The translations under genes were made by a program, and so were the position numbers. A stretch of DNA of 64,000 bases from Deltaproteobacteria bacterium. Lineage in GTDB: Bacteria; Myxococcota_A; UBA9160; SMWR01. The notes below the pieces were generated by a model. The model worked only from the letters and a program-made list of their open reading frames with translations. It was not told the DNA's origin and ran no database searches. Of this stretch, positions 39,151-48,811 are shown in pieces. Numbering within the stretch: the stretch's first letter is position 1; each line of letters begins with the position of its first letter. The DNA is taken from NCBI GenBank assembly GCA_019310965.1, contig JAFDDG010000008.1:2153-66152 (forward strand), read 5' to 3'.

Positions 39151-40583
39151 GCGACGATCTCGCATTCTTTCACGACCGTTTCGGCCTCGACGAGCGCATG
39201 TTGACGACGGCTCTCGACACCACGCTGGAGCGCAAGGTCGATCACGCGGATCTCTTCTTCGAATACACCACCCAGGATTCGGTGGTGCTCGAAGAGAGCA
39301 TCGTGAAGAGCGGCGATCGCCACCTCGAGCAGGGCGTCGGCGTCCGCGCCCAGACCGGCCAGCGCCAGGGCTACGCGCATTCCGACGACGTCACGGTCGA
39401 GAGCCTGCAGCTCGCCGCCACCACCGCCCGCACCATCTCCGAGAGCAACGGCGACGTGCGCAATGTGGCGGTTGCCCCGGCTGCCCGGCCTCGCCACGAC
39501 CTCTACCCGGTGGCCACGGCGCCCACCGACGTGCCGGTGGAGCGCAAGATCGAGCTGCTCGGCGCCATCGACACGCATGCCCGGGGCCTCGACCCGCGCG
39601 TGAAACAGGTGATGGCCAGCCTCATTTCTCAGCACCGACACGTGCTGATCGCCGCCAGCGATGGAAGCCTGGTGGCCGACATCCAGCCCCTGGTGCGGCT
39701 CAACGTGCAGGTGGTGGCGGAGTCCGGCGAGTCGCGGGAGATCGGCTACCAGGGAATGGGCGGCCGCTGCGACCTCGACGAGGTCATGGCCGCGGGCGCC
39801 TGGCACCCCCTGGTGGCCGAGGCGGTGCGCATCGCAACGCTCAATCTCGAGGCCGTGCCCTGCCCGGCTGGCTGCATGGATGTGGTGCTCGGCCCCGGCT
39901 GGCCCGGCGTTCTGCTCCACGAGGCGATCGGCCACGGTCTCGAGGGCGACTTCAACCGCAAGAAGACCTCCGCCTTCACCGATCGCATCGGCCAACGCGT
40001 GGCGGCCGAAGGGGTCACGGTCGTCGACGACGGCACGCTGCCCGGGCGGCGCGGCTCGCTCAACGTCGACGACGAGGGCACCAGCACCCAGCGCACGCTG
40101 CTGATCGAAGACGGCATCCTGCGGGGCTACCTGCAGGATCGGCTCAATGCGCGGCTCATGGGGATGACGGCCACCGGCAACGGTCGCCGCGAGAGCTACG
40201 CGCACCTGCCGATGCCGCGCATGACCAACACCTTCATGCTGGCGGGGCAGGACGATCCGGAGGAGATCGTGCGCTCGGTCGACCGTGGCCTCTACGCGGT
40301 CTCTTTCGACGGTGGCCAGGTCGACATCACCAGCGGCAAATTCGTGTTCTCGGCCAATGAGGCCTACCGCATCGAGAACGGACGCATCGGGGCTCCGGTG
40401 AAGGGTGCGACGCTGATCGGCAACGGTCCGGACGTGCTGACCCGCGTGAAACGCATCGGCAACGACCTGGCGCTCGACCGCGGCGTCGGCAGCTGCGGCA
40501 AGGACGGCCAGAGCGTGCCGGTGGGCGTCGGACTGCCGACCCTGCGCATCGACGAGCTCACCGTGGGCGGGACGGAACGATGA
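39147..40583 (+). CDS. tldD: Metalloprotease TldD
   Basis: Whole-length TldD-like sequence with HEAIGHGLE zinc motif. ATGA overlap with the upstream gene. Confidence 0.9.
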   Translation: MSDDLAFFHDRFGLDERMLTTALDTTLERKVDHADLFFEYTTQDSVVLEESIVKSGDRHLEQGVGVRAQTGQRQGYAHSDDVTVESLQLAATTARTISESNGDVRNVAVAPAARPRHDLYPVATAPTDVPVERKIELLGAIDTHARGLDPRVKQVMASLISQHRHVLIAASDGSLVADIQPLVRLNVQVVAESGESREIGYQGMGGRCDLDEVMAAGAWHPLVAEAVRIATLNLEAVPCPAGCMDVVLGPGWPGVLLHEAIGHGLEGDFNRKKTSAFTDRIGQRVAAEGVTVVDDGTLPGRRGSLNVDDEGTSTQRTLLIEDGILRGYLQDRLNARLMGMTATGNGRRESYAHLPMPRMTNTFMLAGQDDPEEIVRSVDRGLYAVSFDGGQVDITSGKFVFSANEAYRIENGRIGAPVKGATLIGNGPDVLTRVKRIGNDLALDRGVGSCGKDGQSVPVGVGLPTLRIDELTVGGTER

Positions 40584-41941
40584 GCGGCGACGCGGGAGCG
40601 GAGGCGATCGAACGCGCCCTCGAGCAGACGCTGCGCGCGGGGGCCGACGCGGCCGACGCGCTGCTGGTCGAGAGCGACTCGCTGGAGGCACGGGTGCGCG
40701 GCGAGGAGATCGATTTCGTCAAGCAGGCGCGGGGACACACCCTCGGCATCCGGGCCCTGGTGCGCGGTGAGAGCGGCCTGCGCTCGGCGCTGACATCGAC
40801 CAGCGACCTGCGCGGGGACGTCGTCGACCGCATGGCGCAGGAGACCGTGCAGCTGGCGCGCGCGACGGAAGAGGACCCCTTTGCGGGGCTGCCGGAAGAG
40901 GACTACGCGCGGGACGACGTCGACCTCGCGCTCTTCGATCCGGCAGACCGGGACGTATCGGTGGAGACGCGCATCGCCGCTGCGCGGGCCGCCGAGACGG
41001 CCGCCCGCGCGACCGATCCGCGCATCGAGAACTCCGAAGGCTCCCAGGTGAGCTCGGGCTTCTCCCAGGTGTGGCTCGGCGACAGCCGCGGCTTCCGCGG
41101 GAGCTACCGCTCCGCCACGCACTCGCTCTTCTCCGAGCCGATCGCGCGAGAGAACGGCAGCATGCAGCGCGACTACTGGATGACGACATCGCGCAGTCTC
41201 GCGGGTACAGACGCGCCGGCCGACGTCGGCCGCAAGGCCGCCCGGCGCGCGCTGCGACGCCTCGGCGGACGCCGGGTCGCCACCTGCCAGGCACCGGTGA
41301 TCTTCGATCCGGTGACGGCACCGAGCCTGCTGGGCCACCTGGCCGGCTGCGCCAACGGCTACTCGGTCTACCGCCAGACCAGCTTTCTCGCCGATCGCAT
41401 GGGCGAACAGATCGCCAGCGAAGCGCTCACGGTCGTCGACGACGGGCGCAAGCCCGGCGGCCTCGGCAGCCGCCCCTTCGACGGCGAAGGCCAGCCGACG
41501 CGGCGCACCACTCTGATCGAGGGAGGCCGGCTGGCAAGCTGGCTCCTGGACTCCTACTCCGCCCGCAAGCTGGGAAGCGCCACCACCGGCAATGCCGCAC
41601 GCAGCGCCGGCGGCGCTCCGAGCGCGGCACCCAGCAACCTCTGGGTCGAGCCCGGCGAGCGCAGCCTGGAGGAGATCATCGCCAGCACCGAGCGAGGCCT
41701 GCTGGTGACCGAGCTGATCGGCCACGGCTTCCAGCCGGTGACGGGCGACTACTCACGCGGCGCCGTCGGCCTGTGGATCGAGGGCGGCGAGATCGCCTAC
41801 CCGGTCGAGGAGATCACCATCGCCGGCAACCTGGGCCAGATGCTGCTCGACATCGACGCGGTCGGCAGCGACCTGCTCTGGCTCGGGCGTCTGGCGGCCC
41901 CCTCGCTGCGCGTGGCGCAGATGACGATCGCAGGAGAGTGA
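40580..41941 (+). CDS. pmbA: PmbA/TldE protease partner
   Basis: PmbA_TldD family without HExxxH. C-terminal GDYSRGA.G.WIE.GE. ATGA overlap with tldD. Confidence 0.88.
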   Translation: MSGDAGAEAIERALEQTLRAGADAADALLVESDSLEARVRGEEIDFVKQARGHTLGIRALVRGESGLRSALTSTSDLRGDVVDRMAQETVQLARATEEDPFAGLPEEDYARDDVDLALFDPADRDVSVETRIAAARAAETAARATDPRIENSEGSQVSSGFSQVWLGDSRGFRGSYRSATHSLFSEPIARENGSMQRDYWMTTSRSLAGTDAPADVGRKAARRALRRLGGRRVATCQAPVIFDPVTAPSLLGHLAGCANGYSVYRQTSFLADRMGEQIASEALTVVDDGRKPGGLGSRPFDGEGQPTRRTTLIEGGRLASWLLDSYSARKLGSATTGNAARSAGGAPSAAPSNLWVEPGERSLEEIIASTERGLLVTELIGHGFQPVTGDYSRGAVGLWIEGGEIAYPVEEITIAGNLGQMLLDIDAVGSDLLWLGRLAAPSLRVAQMTIAGE

Positions 41942-41942
41942 C

Positions 41943-42818
41943 GTGAGCCAGGCGCCCCCGGTGATGATCGGCCTCGAAATGCCGGACGTGGACGTCTGGT
42001 CGGAGCGAGTGGTGGTGGCTCTCGGCCAGAACCCGGGGCTCTTCACCGGTCCCGGCACCAACACCTATCTCGTCGGCACCGGAGCCGAGCGCGTGCTGCT
42101 CGACACCGGCGAGGGTCGCCCCGAATACCTGCCGGTTCTCGCCCAGGCTCTCGAACGCGCCGGCGGCGTGCGCATCCAGGAAATCGTGGTGAGCCACGGC
42201 CACCCGGATCACCTCGGTGGTGCGCCTTCGGTCATCGAAGAGCACGGTGCACTGCGGGTCTCGAAATGCCCGTGGCCCGCAATGGACGACCGCCATGCAC
42301 TCGACCTGACGCCCATCGGTGACGGCGCCCTCGTCGAAACCGAAGGCGCGACGTTGCGCGCCGTGCACACCCCCGGCCACGCCGAGGACCACCTCTGCTT
42401 CGTGCTCGAAGAAGAGCGAGCGATCTTCTCCGGCGACAATGTGCTGGGCGTCGGCACGACGGTCATTCCACCCGAGGGCGGCGACCTGCTCGATTACATG
42501 AGTTCTCTCGAGCGTCTGTTGGCCGAGGCACCCGGCAGCATCTACCCGGCACACGGTCCGAAGATCGAAGACGGCACGGGCAAGATTCGCGAGTACATCG
42601 CCCACCGGCTCGAGCGCGAAGCGCAGATCGTGGAAGCCGTCGAGGCGGGCCTCTGCGAGATCGCCGCAATCGTGAAGCGCGTCTACGCGGCGTATCCGGC
42701 GGCACTCCACGCACCGGCGGCGGCGACGGTGGCCGCGCACCTCATCAAGCTGGAGCGCGAGGGGCGAGTGCAGCGCGACGGCGAAGCACCACTCGAGGCG
42801 CGCTGGACGACGGCGTGA
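41943..42818 (+). CDS. MBL-fold metallo-hydrolase
   Basis: VVSHGHPDHLGG (HxHxDH), downstream His/Asp ligands (TPGHAEDH). Confidence 0.8.
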   Translation: MSQAPPVMIGLEMPDVDVWSERVVVALGQNPGLFTGPGTNTYLVGTGAERVLLDTGEGRPEYLPVLAQALERAGGVRIQEIVVSHGHPDHLGGAPSVIEEHGALRVSKCPWPAMDDRHALDLTPIGDGALVETEGATLRAVHTPGHAEDHLCFVLEEERAIFSGDNVLGVGTTVIPPEGGDLLDYMSSLERLLAEAPGSIYPAHGPKIEDGTGKIREYIAHRLEREAQIVEAVEAGLCEIAAIVKRVYAAYPAALHAPAAATVAAHLIKLEREGRVQRDGEAPLEARWTTA

Positions 42819-43624
42819 GCCATCCGCTGCTCGAACGGCTGGCGCAGGACGATCCGCAGGAGCGGGCCCGCGCGTGCCGCGACGCCGCCGGAGACCCGGC
42901 GGCGGTGCTCTTCAGCGAGGCCCTCGCCGGAGCCCTGACCGACCCGGTGCCCGCGGTCGCGGCTGCCGCCGCGGGTGCCCTGACGCAGCTGGCCGAACAC
43001 CACGACGTGAAGCCCGCCCTGATCGCGGCGCTGCACGGCGACGAAGCGCGCGGGCGTTGCGAGGCCGCGCTCGTGCTCGCGAGGCTCGAGCCGCCGAGCT
43101 TGCGGCTGCTGCCGGCATTGGCCGAGGGCCTGGCGCTGCCCGACCGCAAGCAGCGCTGGCGCGCCGCGCGCCTGCTCGTGAAGTGCGGGCGACTGCACGG
43201 CGAAGTGCTGCCGCTGCTGCTGGGCCTGTCACGCGGAGACGAGCGCGCGCGGGTGCGCCGCATGTCGCGCCACGCGCTGCGCGAGCTGGCGCCCGACGAC
43301 CCGGAAGTCGCGCAGGCCCTGCTCGAGGGAACCCGCGACGCAGACGTGCTGGCGCGACGCGCCGCCTACGCCGCGCTGGCGGCGCTGCTCGACCCGCCCC
43401 GCGGAGTCGTCGAGACGCTCGTCGGGGCCCTCGCCGACGAGTCGGATGCCGCCAGCCGGCGCATCGTCACCGTGGTGCTGGCGCAGCTGGCGCCGCTGCA
43501 TGCCGGCGACCTGCGCACGGCTGTCACCGAGGCGCTGCGCAGGGCGCGGGCCGGCAGCAGCGACCCCGAGCTGCAACGCTGCGCCGAGCGGGCGTTGCAG
43601 CAACTCGCCGACGCGCCGCGCTAG
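42815..43624 (+). CDS. HEAT/PBS-lyase-like repeat protein
   Basis: Repeated units of about 30 aa, Ala/Leu/Arg-rich and helical, with D..VR..AA.AL periodicity. GTGA overlap with the MBL gene. Confidence 0.55.
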   Translation: MSHPLLERLAQDDPQERARACRDAAGDPAAVLFSEALAGALTDPVPAVAAAAAGALTQLAEHHDVKPALIAALHGDEARGRCEAALVLARLEPPSLRLLPALAEGLALPDRKQRWRAARLLVKCGRLHGEVLPLLLGLSRGDERARVRRMSRHALRELAPDDPEVAQALLEGTRDADVLARRAAYAALAALLDPPRGVVETLVGALADESDAASRRIVTVVLAQLAPLHAGDLRTAVTEALRRARAGSSDPELQRCAERALQQLADAPR

Positions 43625-44055
43625 TAGAGCAGCGCGTCGAGCGAAAAGGAACCGGGGCCGAGCAACAGCAGAACGAAGCAGATCGCCGCCAGGTTGATCG
43701 TGTACTCGGCGCCCGGGGGCTCGTTGGTGATCAGGTAGCCGGCGCCCTTGTGGCCGAGCCGGCTCGCCACGATCATCGTCACGATCAGCAGCGCACAAGC
43801 CGGGCGCATGTAGAGCCCCAGCGCCAGCAACGCACCGCCGACGATCTCCGACAGCATGGCGATGCGCGCCTGCACCGGCGCCAGCGGCACATCGAGGCTT
43901 TCGAGCCATTCGACGAAACCCTGCATGTTGCCCGTGCCCACGAGGCCGAGCTTGCCGAGGCCGTGGGTCACGAAGCAGATACCGATGAAGCCACGCCCGA
44001 CCAGCAGAGCCAGGTCGGGCCACAAAGTCTGGGTGAGCAGCGGTGCGAGTTCCAT
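43621..44055 (-). CDS. DoxX-family membrane protein
   Basis: 144 aa with four hydrophobic helices. GRGFIGICFVTHGLGKL and IVGGALLALG are typical of DoxX. ATG 44055. Confidence 0.7.
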   Translation of the reverse strand: MELAPLLTQTLWPDLALLVGRGFIGICFVTHGLGKLGLVGTGNMQGFVEWLESLDVPLAPVQARIAMLSEIVGGALLALGLYMRPACALLIVTMIVASRLGHKGAGYLITNEPPGAEYTINLAAICFVLLLLGPGSFSLDALLY

Positions 44056-44294
44056 GGGGGCGCAGTCTAGCAGGCGCCCGCCCACAGGGGTTCGCACGCT
44101 GTGCGATTGACCCCACGCAGTCGCTCGGCCAAGCTCCAGCGCGGCAGCGCCATGCGAGAGAGCCAGGCCGTCACAGCCGCCGCGAGCCGGCCGATCCCCC
44201 TCGACCTCGGCGCTGTCCTGCGCGAGACGGTCGAGTCGCTGATCATCGTGCGCTGCCGTGCTGGGGCCGAAGCGGCCGAGCGGTTCCCGGCCCC

Positions 44295-45509
44295 GTGAGG
44301 CGCACCCTCGCCTGTCTGGCCGCGGTGACGTTGTGGCTCGCTCCGGCACGCGCGGCGGACCTCGCCAGCGTGATCGTGCTTTCCCTCGACGGCGTCCGCC
44401 ACGACCTGCTGACGCAGGGCTCGCTTCCGAGCTTTGCGCGCGTGGTGCAGCAGGGCGCCCGGGCGCAACGCCTGATTCCGCCGTTTCCATCCAACACCTT
44501 CCCGAGCCACGCGACGTTGGCGACGGGCACCCATCCGGATCGCCACGGAATCCTCGGCAATCGATTCATCGACCCGGAGCGGGGCCTGTTCGACTACGCA
44601 AACGATGCGTCCTGGCTCGAGGCCGAGCCGCTGTGGGCGGCCGCCGAGCGCCAGGGCGTGCGCAGCGCGGTCTTTTTCTGGGTGGGATCCGAGACCGACT
44701 GGCGCGGGCGCGGCGCCAGCCTGCGCAGGTCGCCCTTCGATTCGAGCATCCCCGAGGCGGAGAAGGTCGATCAGATCCTGGCCTGGCTCGACCTGCCGGC
44801 AGCCGAGCGGCCGCGGCTGGTGATGGCCTGGTGGCACGGAGTCGATCGCGCAGCACACCGCCATACGACGCGAAGCCGCGAGGTGACGCGAGCGTTGCGC
44901 GCCCAGGACGAGCAGCTCGGGCGCCTGCTGGCCGGACTCGATGCGCGCGACGCGTGGCCGCACACGACGTTGCTGCTGGTGAGTGATCACGGCATGACCC
45001 CGAGCAGACGGCGCGTGTTGCCGCAGACCGCGCTCGCCGAGGCAGGCATCGCGGCGCAGGTGGTGACCGGCGGAGGGGTGGCGCACATCTATCTCGACGA
45101 CCCCAGCGTCGCGGCCGTGACAGCGGCGGCGGCGGCGCTGGCACGATTGCCCGGAGTCGACGCGTGGCCGCGCGCCGAGATACCGGCACGCTTGCGTGCG
45201 CGGCATCCCCGGGCCGGCGACGTGCTCGCCATGGCGCAGCCGCCCGTGAGCTTCCTGCAGCGCCGCGGCAAGCCGCTCGAACGCGTCGCCTCGTGGCTCG
45301 GGCATCGCATCGGCATGCACGGCTACGACCCGCAGCACGCCGACATGGCGGGCGTATTCCTGGCGCTGGGGCGCGGCGTGCCGGCCGGACGCGCGTTGCC
45401 CGCAGCGCACGCCATCGATGTGGCGCCGACGGTGGCGGCGCTGCTCGGCATCGATCCGCCCGCGGCAGCCGAAGGCCGCGCCCTGTTCGAGCCGGGAGCC
45501 CTACCGTGA
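44295..45509 (+). CDS. Nucleotide pyrophosphatase/phosphodiesterase (alkaline phosphatase superfamily)
   Basis: Signal peptide, LSLDGVRHD, catalytic Thr context FPSNTFPSHATLATG, LVSDHGM, GMHGYD. GTG 44295 chosen as start. Confidence 0.8.
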   Translation: MRRTLACLAAVTLWLAPARAADLASVIVLSLDGVRHDLLTQGSLPSFARVVQQGARAQRLIPPFPSNTFPSHATLATGTHPDRHGILGNRFIDPERGLFDYANDASWLEAEPLWAAAERQGVRSAVFFWVGSETDWRGRGASLRRSPFDSSIPEAEKVDQILAWLDLPAAERPRLVMAWWHGVDRAAHRHTTRSREVTRALRAQDEQLGRLLAGLDARDAWPHTTLLLVSDHGMTPSRRRVLPQTALAEAGIAAQVVTGGGVAHIYLDDPSVAAVTAAAAALARLPGVDAWPRAEIPARLRARHPRAGDVLAMAQPPVSFLQRRGKPLERVASWLGHRIGMHGYDPQHADMAGVFLALGRGVPAGRALPAAHAIDVAPTVAALLGIDPPAAAEGRALFEPGALP

Positions 45510-45937
45510 GCGCCCCCGACCTCGAAGTGCAGCGTGGACTGACGCTGCCCGGCCACGAAATTCGCGAGACGGCGAGCCGCGCGAGCGGCCCGGGCGGGCA
45601 GCATGTCAACAAGACCAGCACCCGGGTGACGCTGCGCTGGAACGCCCGGGACAGCGGTGCCCTCACCCCGACCCAACGCCGTCGGCTGCTGCGCCGCCTC
45701 GCCCACCGACTCACCCGGGACGGCGAGCTCCTGGTGCACGCGAGCCGCAACCGCAGCCGCGCACGCAACCGCGAGCTGGCACGCGAACGACTGGCCGAGC
45801 TGGTGCGCGACGCCGTCGTGGCCCCCCGCCGTCGCATCGCCACCCGCCCCAGCCGCGGCTCGCAGGCCCGCCGTGTCGAGGCCAAACGCGCCCGCTCCGC
45901 CGTCAAACGCACCCGCCGCCCCCCTCGCGACGACTGA
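45506..45937 (+). CDS. arfB: Peptidyl-tRNA hydrolase ArfB (alternative ribosome rescue factor)
   Basis: SGPGGQHVNKTSTRV (GGQ motif) in a protein of about 143 aa with a basic C-terminal tail. GTGA overlap. Confidence 0.88.
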   Translation: MSAPDLEVQRGLTLPGHEIRETASRASGPGGQHVNKTSTRVTLRWNARDSGALTPTQRRRLLRRLAHRLTRDGELLVHASRNRSRARNRELARERLAELVRDAVVAPRRRIATRPSRGSQARRVEAKRARSAVKRTRRPPRDD

Positions 45938-45943
45938 GCCGGT

Positions 45944-46288
45944 TCACTGGATTCGGATGCGGCTGTCGAAGCCCTCGTCGTAGCCGTGGAAGAACTCCAG
46001 GCGCTCCTCCGGCCAGCGCCAGCAGTAGTATCCAAGACCGTTGTCGAAGTCGACGAGCCACAGGCCCTTCACTTCGACACCGAGGGCTTCCATCGCACGC
46101 ACCCAGCGGCTGAGGCGAGTGCCGAGCTCTGCCTCGAGCCGGGCTCGCTCCTCCGAGCCCGGACGCGCGGAGTCGCGCTCCGCGGACAGCCGCTCGACCT
46201 CGGGAACGGCTTCCGCGGTATGCGCGCGCACCTCGGAGAGCAGGTTGCGGGCGGTCTCGAGCGTCCAGCTGCGCGAGCCCGGCGCCAT
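45944..46288 (-). CDS. DUF2203-like protein
   Basis: C-terminal LVDF..G..YYCWRW.E..L.FFH....GF..R..I pattern recalled from DUF2203. Abuts the mlaD stop with no gap. Confidence 0.5.
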   Translation of the reverse strand: MAPGSRSWTLETARNLLSEVRAHTAEAVPEVERLSAERDSARPGSEERARLEAELGTRLSRWVRAMEALGVEVKGLWLVDFDNGLGYYCWRWPEERLEFFHGYDEGFDSRIRIQ

Positions 46289-47230
46289 CTAGTCCTCTGC
46301 GGGCAGGACCATCTGGATCAGGCTGCGCACGACCGTGCTGCGGTTCGCGCCGCCGACCAGGAGCTTCACCTCCTCGTAGAGGGTCGGATCGTTGAGCAGC
46401 AGGCCCAGCGTGCCCTCGCCGCGATCCACCTTCCCGAGAATGCTGTTGAGCCGCGCCCCGGCGGCCAGGAATTGCATCAACACATCCTGCTCGGCCGGCG
46501 CGTCGTAGATCAACGAGTGGAGCAGGCCGTCTCCGCTCTCGACCTCGAGCATGATGTTCGCCAACGAGCCCATCGTGGCCTCGAGGTTCGAAAGCGCGCT
46601 GCCCTGGTAGGGCTCGTAGATCAGCGTGTGCAGGGCACCGTCGCCGTTGCGCACGGCGGCTACCATCGAGGAGAGGCCATCCAGGGTATCGACGAGCCCG
46701 GCGGTTCCGCCGGTCGCCTGGAAGTCGTCCAAAGTGTCGTTGAGGTTGCGCGCCAGCGAGTCGATCGCGTCCAGCGCGCGCCCTCCCTGCGCGATCATCG
46801 CACTCAGCTCGAACGGGTCGCGGGTGCGCACCTCGGCGCCGTCGGTGAGCACCGGGCTCTCCGACGTGCCGATCGAGAGCTGCACGATCTGATCGCCCAT
46901 CACCCCGACCTGCGTGATCTCCGCGATCGAGTCCTCGCGCAGCCGCTGACGCACCGCATCGTCGACCTGCAAATCCACCCGCACGGCCGGCGAGCCGTCT
47001 TGCCGGATCACGATTGCGACCGACTTGACTTGGCCGACGCGGGTGCCGGCGAGCCGCACCGCGGCCCCGGGAACCAGCCCCTGGATGTTGCCGAAGTAGG
47101 CAACCAACGGGTAGCGCGCGCGGAAGACCCCCTGCTCTGCCGAGAGCGACAGCACGATGACAGCCAGGGCCGCAAGAGCGACGAGGACGAAGGCACCCAC
47201 GCGCAGACTCAGGCCACGGTCAGGTTCCAT
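46289..47230 (-). CDS. mlaD: MlaD/MCE-domain protein
   Basis: N-terminal TM, MCE domain (F.NIQGL.PGAAVRLAGTRVGQV). Confidence 0.8.
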   Translation of the reverse strand: MEPDRGLSLRVGAFVLVALAALAVIVLSLSAEQGVFRARYPLVAYFGNIQGLVPGAAVRLAGTRVGQVKSVAIVIRQDGSPAVRVDLQVDDAVRQRLREDSIAEITQVGVMGDQIVQLSIGTSESPVLTDGAEVRTRDPFELSAMIAQGGRALDAIDSLARNLNDTLDDFQATGGTAGLVDTLDGLSSMVAAVRNGDGALHTLIYEPYQGSALSNLEATMGSLANIMLEVESGDGLLHSLIYDAPAEQDVLMQFLAAGARLNSILGKVDRGEGTLGLLLNDPTLYEEVKLLVGGANRSTVVRSLIQMVLPAED

Positions 47231-48011
47231 GGATCTCCCTCGCGCCGGCCGGGGCAGCGGTCTCGGCTGTAGCGTGCTCGCCAGCCAAGAATTCGCGCAC
47301 GTCGGGGTGCTCCGAGTGCTGCATCGCCCCCGAGCTGCCGCACGCCACGATTCTACCGTCCTTCAGCAACGCTACCCGATCGGAAATCGCGAAACACAGC
47401 TCGAGCTCGTGGGTGACAATGATGGAGGTGACGCGGAGGCGCTGCTGCAGCGAGCGGATCAGCTCGCCGATGCGCCGCTGGTTCGCGGGGTCGAGACCGG
47501 TGGTGGGTTCGTCGTAGAGGATCGTGGCGGGCTCGAGCGCAATGCCACGCGCCACGCCGACGCGCTTGCGCATCCCCCCGGAGAGCTCCGCCGGCATCAA
47601 CCCCTCGCTGCCGACCAGGCCCACCGCAGCCAGGCACTCGGCCACGCGCTCTTCCACCTGTGCCTCGCTCCAACGCCGGTGCTCCCGCAGCGGGTAGGCC
47701 ACGTTCCCGAAAACCGTCAACGAATCGAAGAGCGCCGCGCTCTGGAAGACCATCGACACGTGGGTGCGCACATCGATCAGCGCGCTCTCCGAGAGCCCGG
47801 TGATTTCCCGCCCCGCCACCAGCACCTGGCCGCGATCCGGACGCAGCAGCCCGATCATGTGCTTGAGGCAGACGGACTTGCCCGACCCCGAGCCGCCCAG
47901 GATCGTGAAGGTCTCGCCCCGCTCCACCGACAGGTCCACACCGCACAGCACCGGCACGTCGCGAAACGCCTTGGTCACACCGCGCATTTCCACGGCCGCG
48001 CCGTCGCTCAT
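47220..48011 (-). CDS. mlaF: ABC transporter ATP-binding protein MlaF
   Basis: Walker A GGSGSGKS, signature LSGGMRKRV, Walker B ILYDEPT. ATG 48011 lies inside artefactual ORF 47220..48731. Confidence 0.9.
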   Translation of the reverse strand: MSDGAAVEMRGVTKAFRDVPVLCGVDLSVERGETFTILGGSGSGKSVCLKHMIGLLRPDRGQVLVAGREITGLSESALIDVRTHVSMVFQSAALFDSLTVFGNVAYPLREHRRWSEAQVEERVAECLAAVGLVGSEGLMPAELSGGMRKRVGVARGIALEPATILYDEPTTGLDPANQRRIGELIRSLQQRLRVTSIIVTHELELCFAISDRVALLKDGRIVACGSSGAMQHSEHPDVREFLAGEHATAETAAPAGAREIHGT

Positions 48012-48811
48012 AGAATCAACATGAGCTTGGTCAGAAAGAAGTCCGATATCAATACGGAAATCGATGCCACCACGACGCTGTTGGTGGTCGCGCGGCCCAC
48101 GCCCACGGTACCGCCGGTCGTCTCCAGTGCCAGGAAGCAGCCGACCATCGCGATGATCCAGCCAAAGACGCAGGTCTTCGCAATGCCGGAGAGCACGTCC
48201 GGCACCGTCACGGCCCAGTAGACCGTGTCGAGGTAGAAGTTGCCCGTGATGTGAAACTGGCTGGTGGCGATCAGCATGCCGCCGATCGTGCCGAGCAGAT
48301 CGGCCAACATGGTCAGCAGCGGCAGCGCCAGCGTGGCTGCGACCACCCGGGGCAGCACCAGCTTCTGCACCGGATCGGCACCCATGGAGCGGATCGCATC
48401 CACCTGCTCGGTCACCTGCATGGCACCGATCTCGGCGGTGATCCCGGCGCCGACGCGCCCGCCGACCATCAGCGCGGTGAGCACCGGACCGAGCTCCCGG
48501 GCCAGGGCGAGCCCCACGACGGAGCCGACGTAGAGCTTCGCGCCGAAACGTTCGAGGGCAATGCCCGTCTGCAGCGCCAGCACCATGCCGGTGAAGAGCG
48601 CCGTGATCAACACGATGGTGAGCGAGCGCGCACCAATGGCCTCGAGCTGCTCGAGAGTCGCGCGCCAGGGAAAGCGCGGCCGGGCGCCGGCGCGGAACAC
48701 CGCACCGGCAAGCAGCGCGAAGCGGCCCCAACTATCGACCAGATCGAGGGTCGCCCGACCGAGCGCCTCGAGCCCGCTGCCCTTGCCGCGCTGTGCCGCC
48801 GGCGCGCTCAC
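48008..48811 (-). CDS. mlaE: ABC transporter permease MlaE
   Basis: MlaE family core (GARSLTIVLITALFTGMVLALQ...EIGAMQVTEQVDA). GTG 48811 overlaps the upstream stop. Confidence 0.88.
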   Translation of the reverse strand: MSAPAAQRGKGSGLEALGRATLDLVDSWGRFALLAGAVFRAGARPRFPWRATLEQLEAIGARSLTIVLITALFTGMVLALQTGIALERFGAKLYVGSVVGLALARELGPVLTALMVGGRVGAGITAEIGAMQVTEQVDAIRSMGADPVQKLVLPRVVAATLALPLLTMLADLLGTIGGMLIATSQFHITGNFYLDTVYWAVTVPDVLSGIAKTCVFGWIIAMVGCFLALETTGGTVGVGRATTNSVVVASISVLISDFFLTKLMLIL

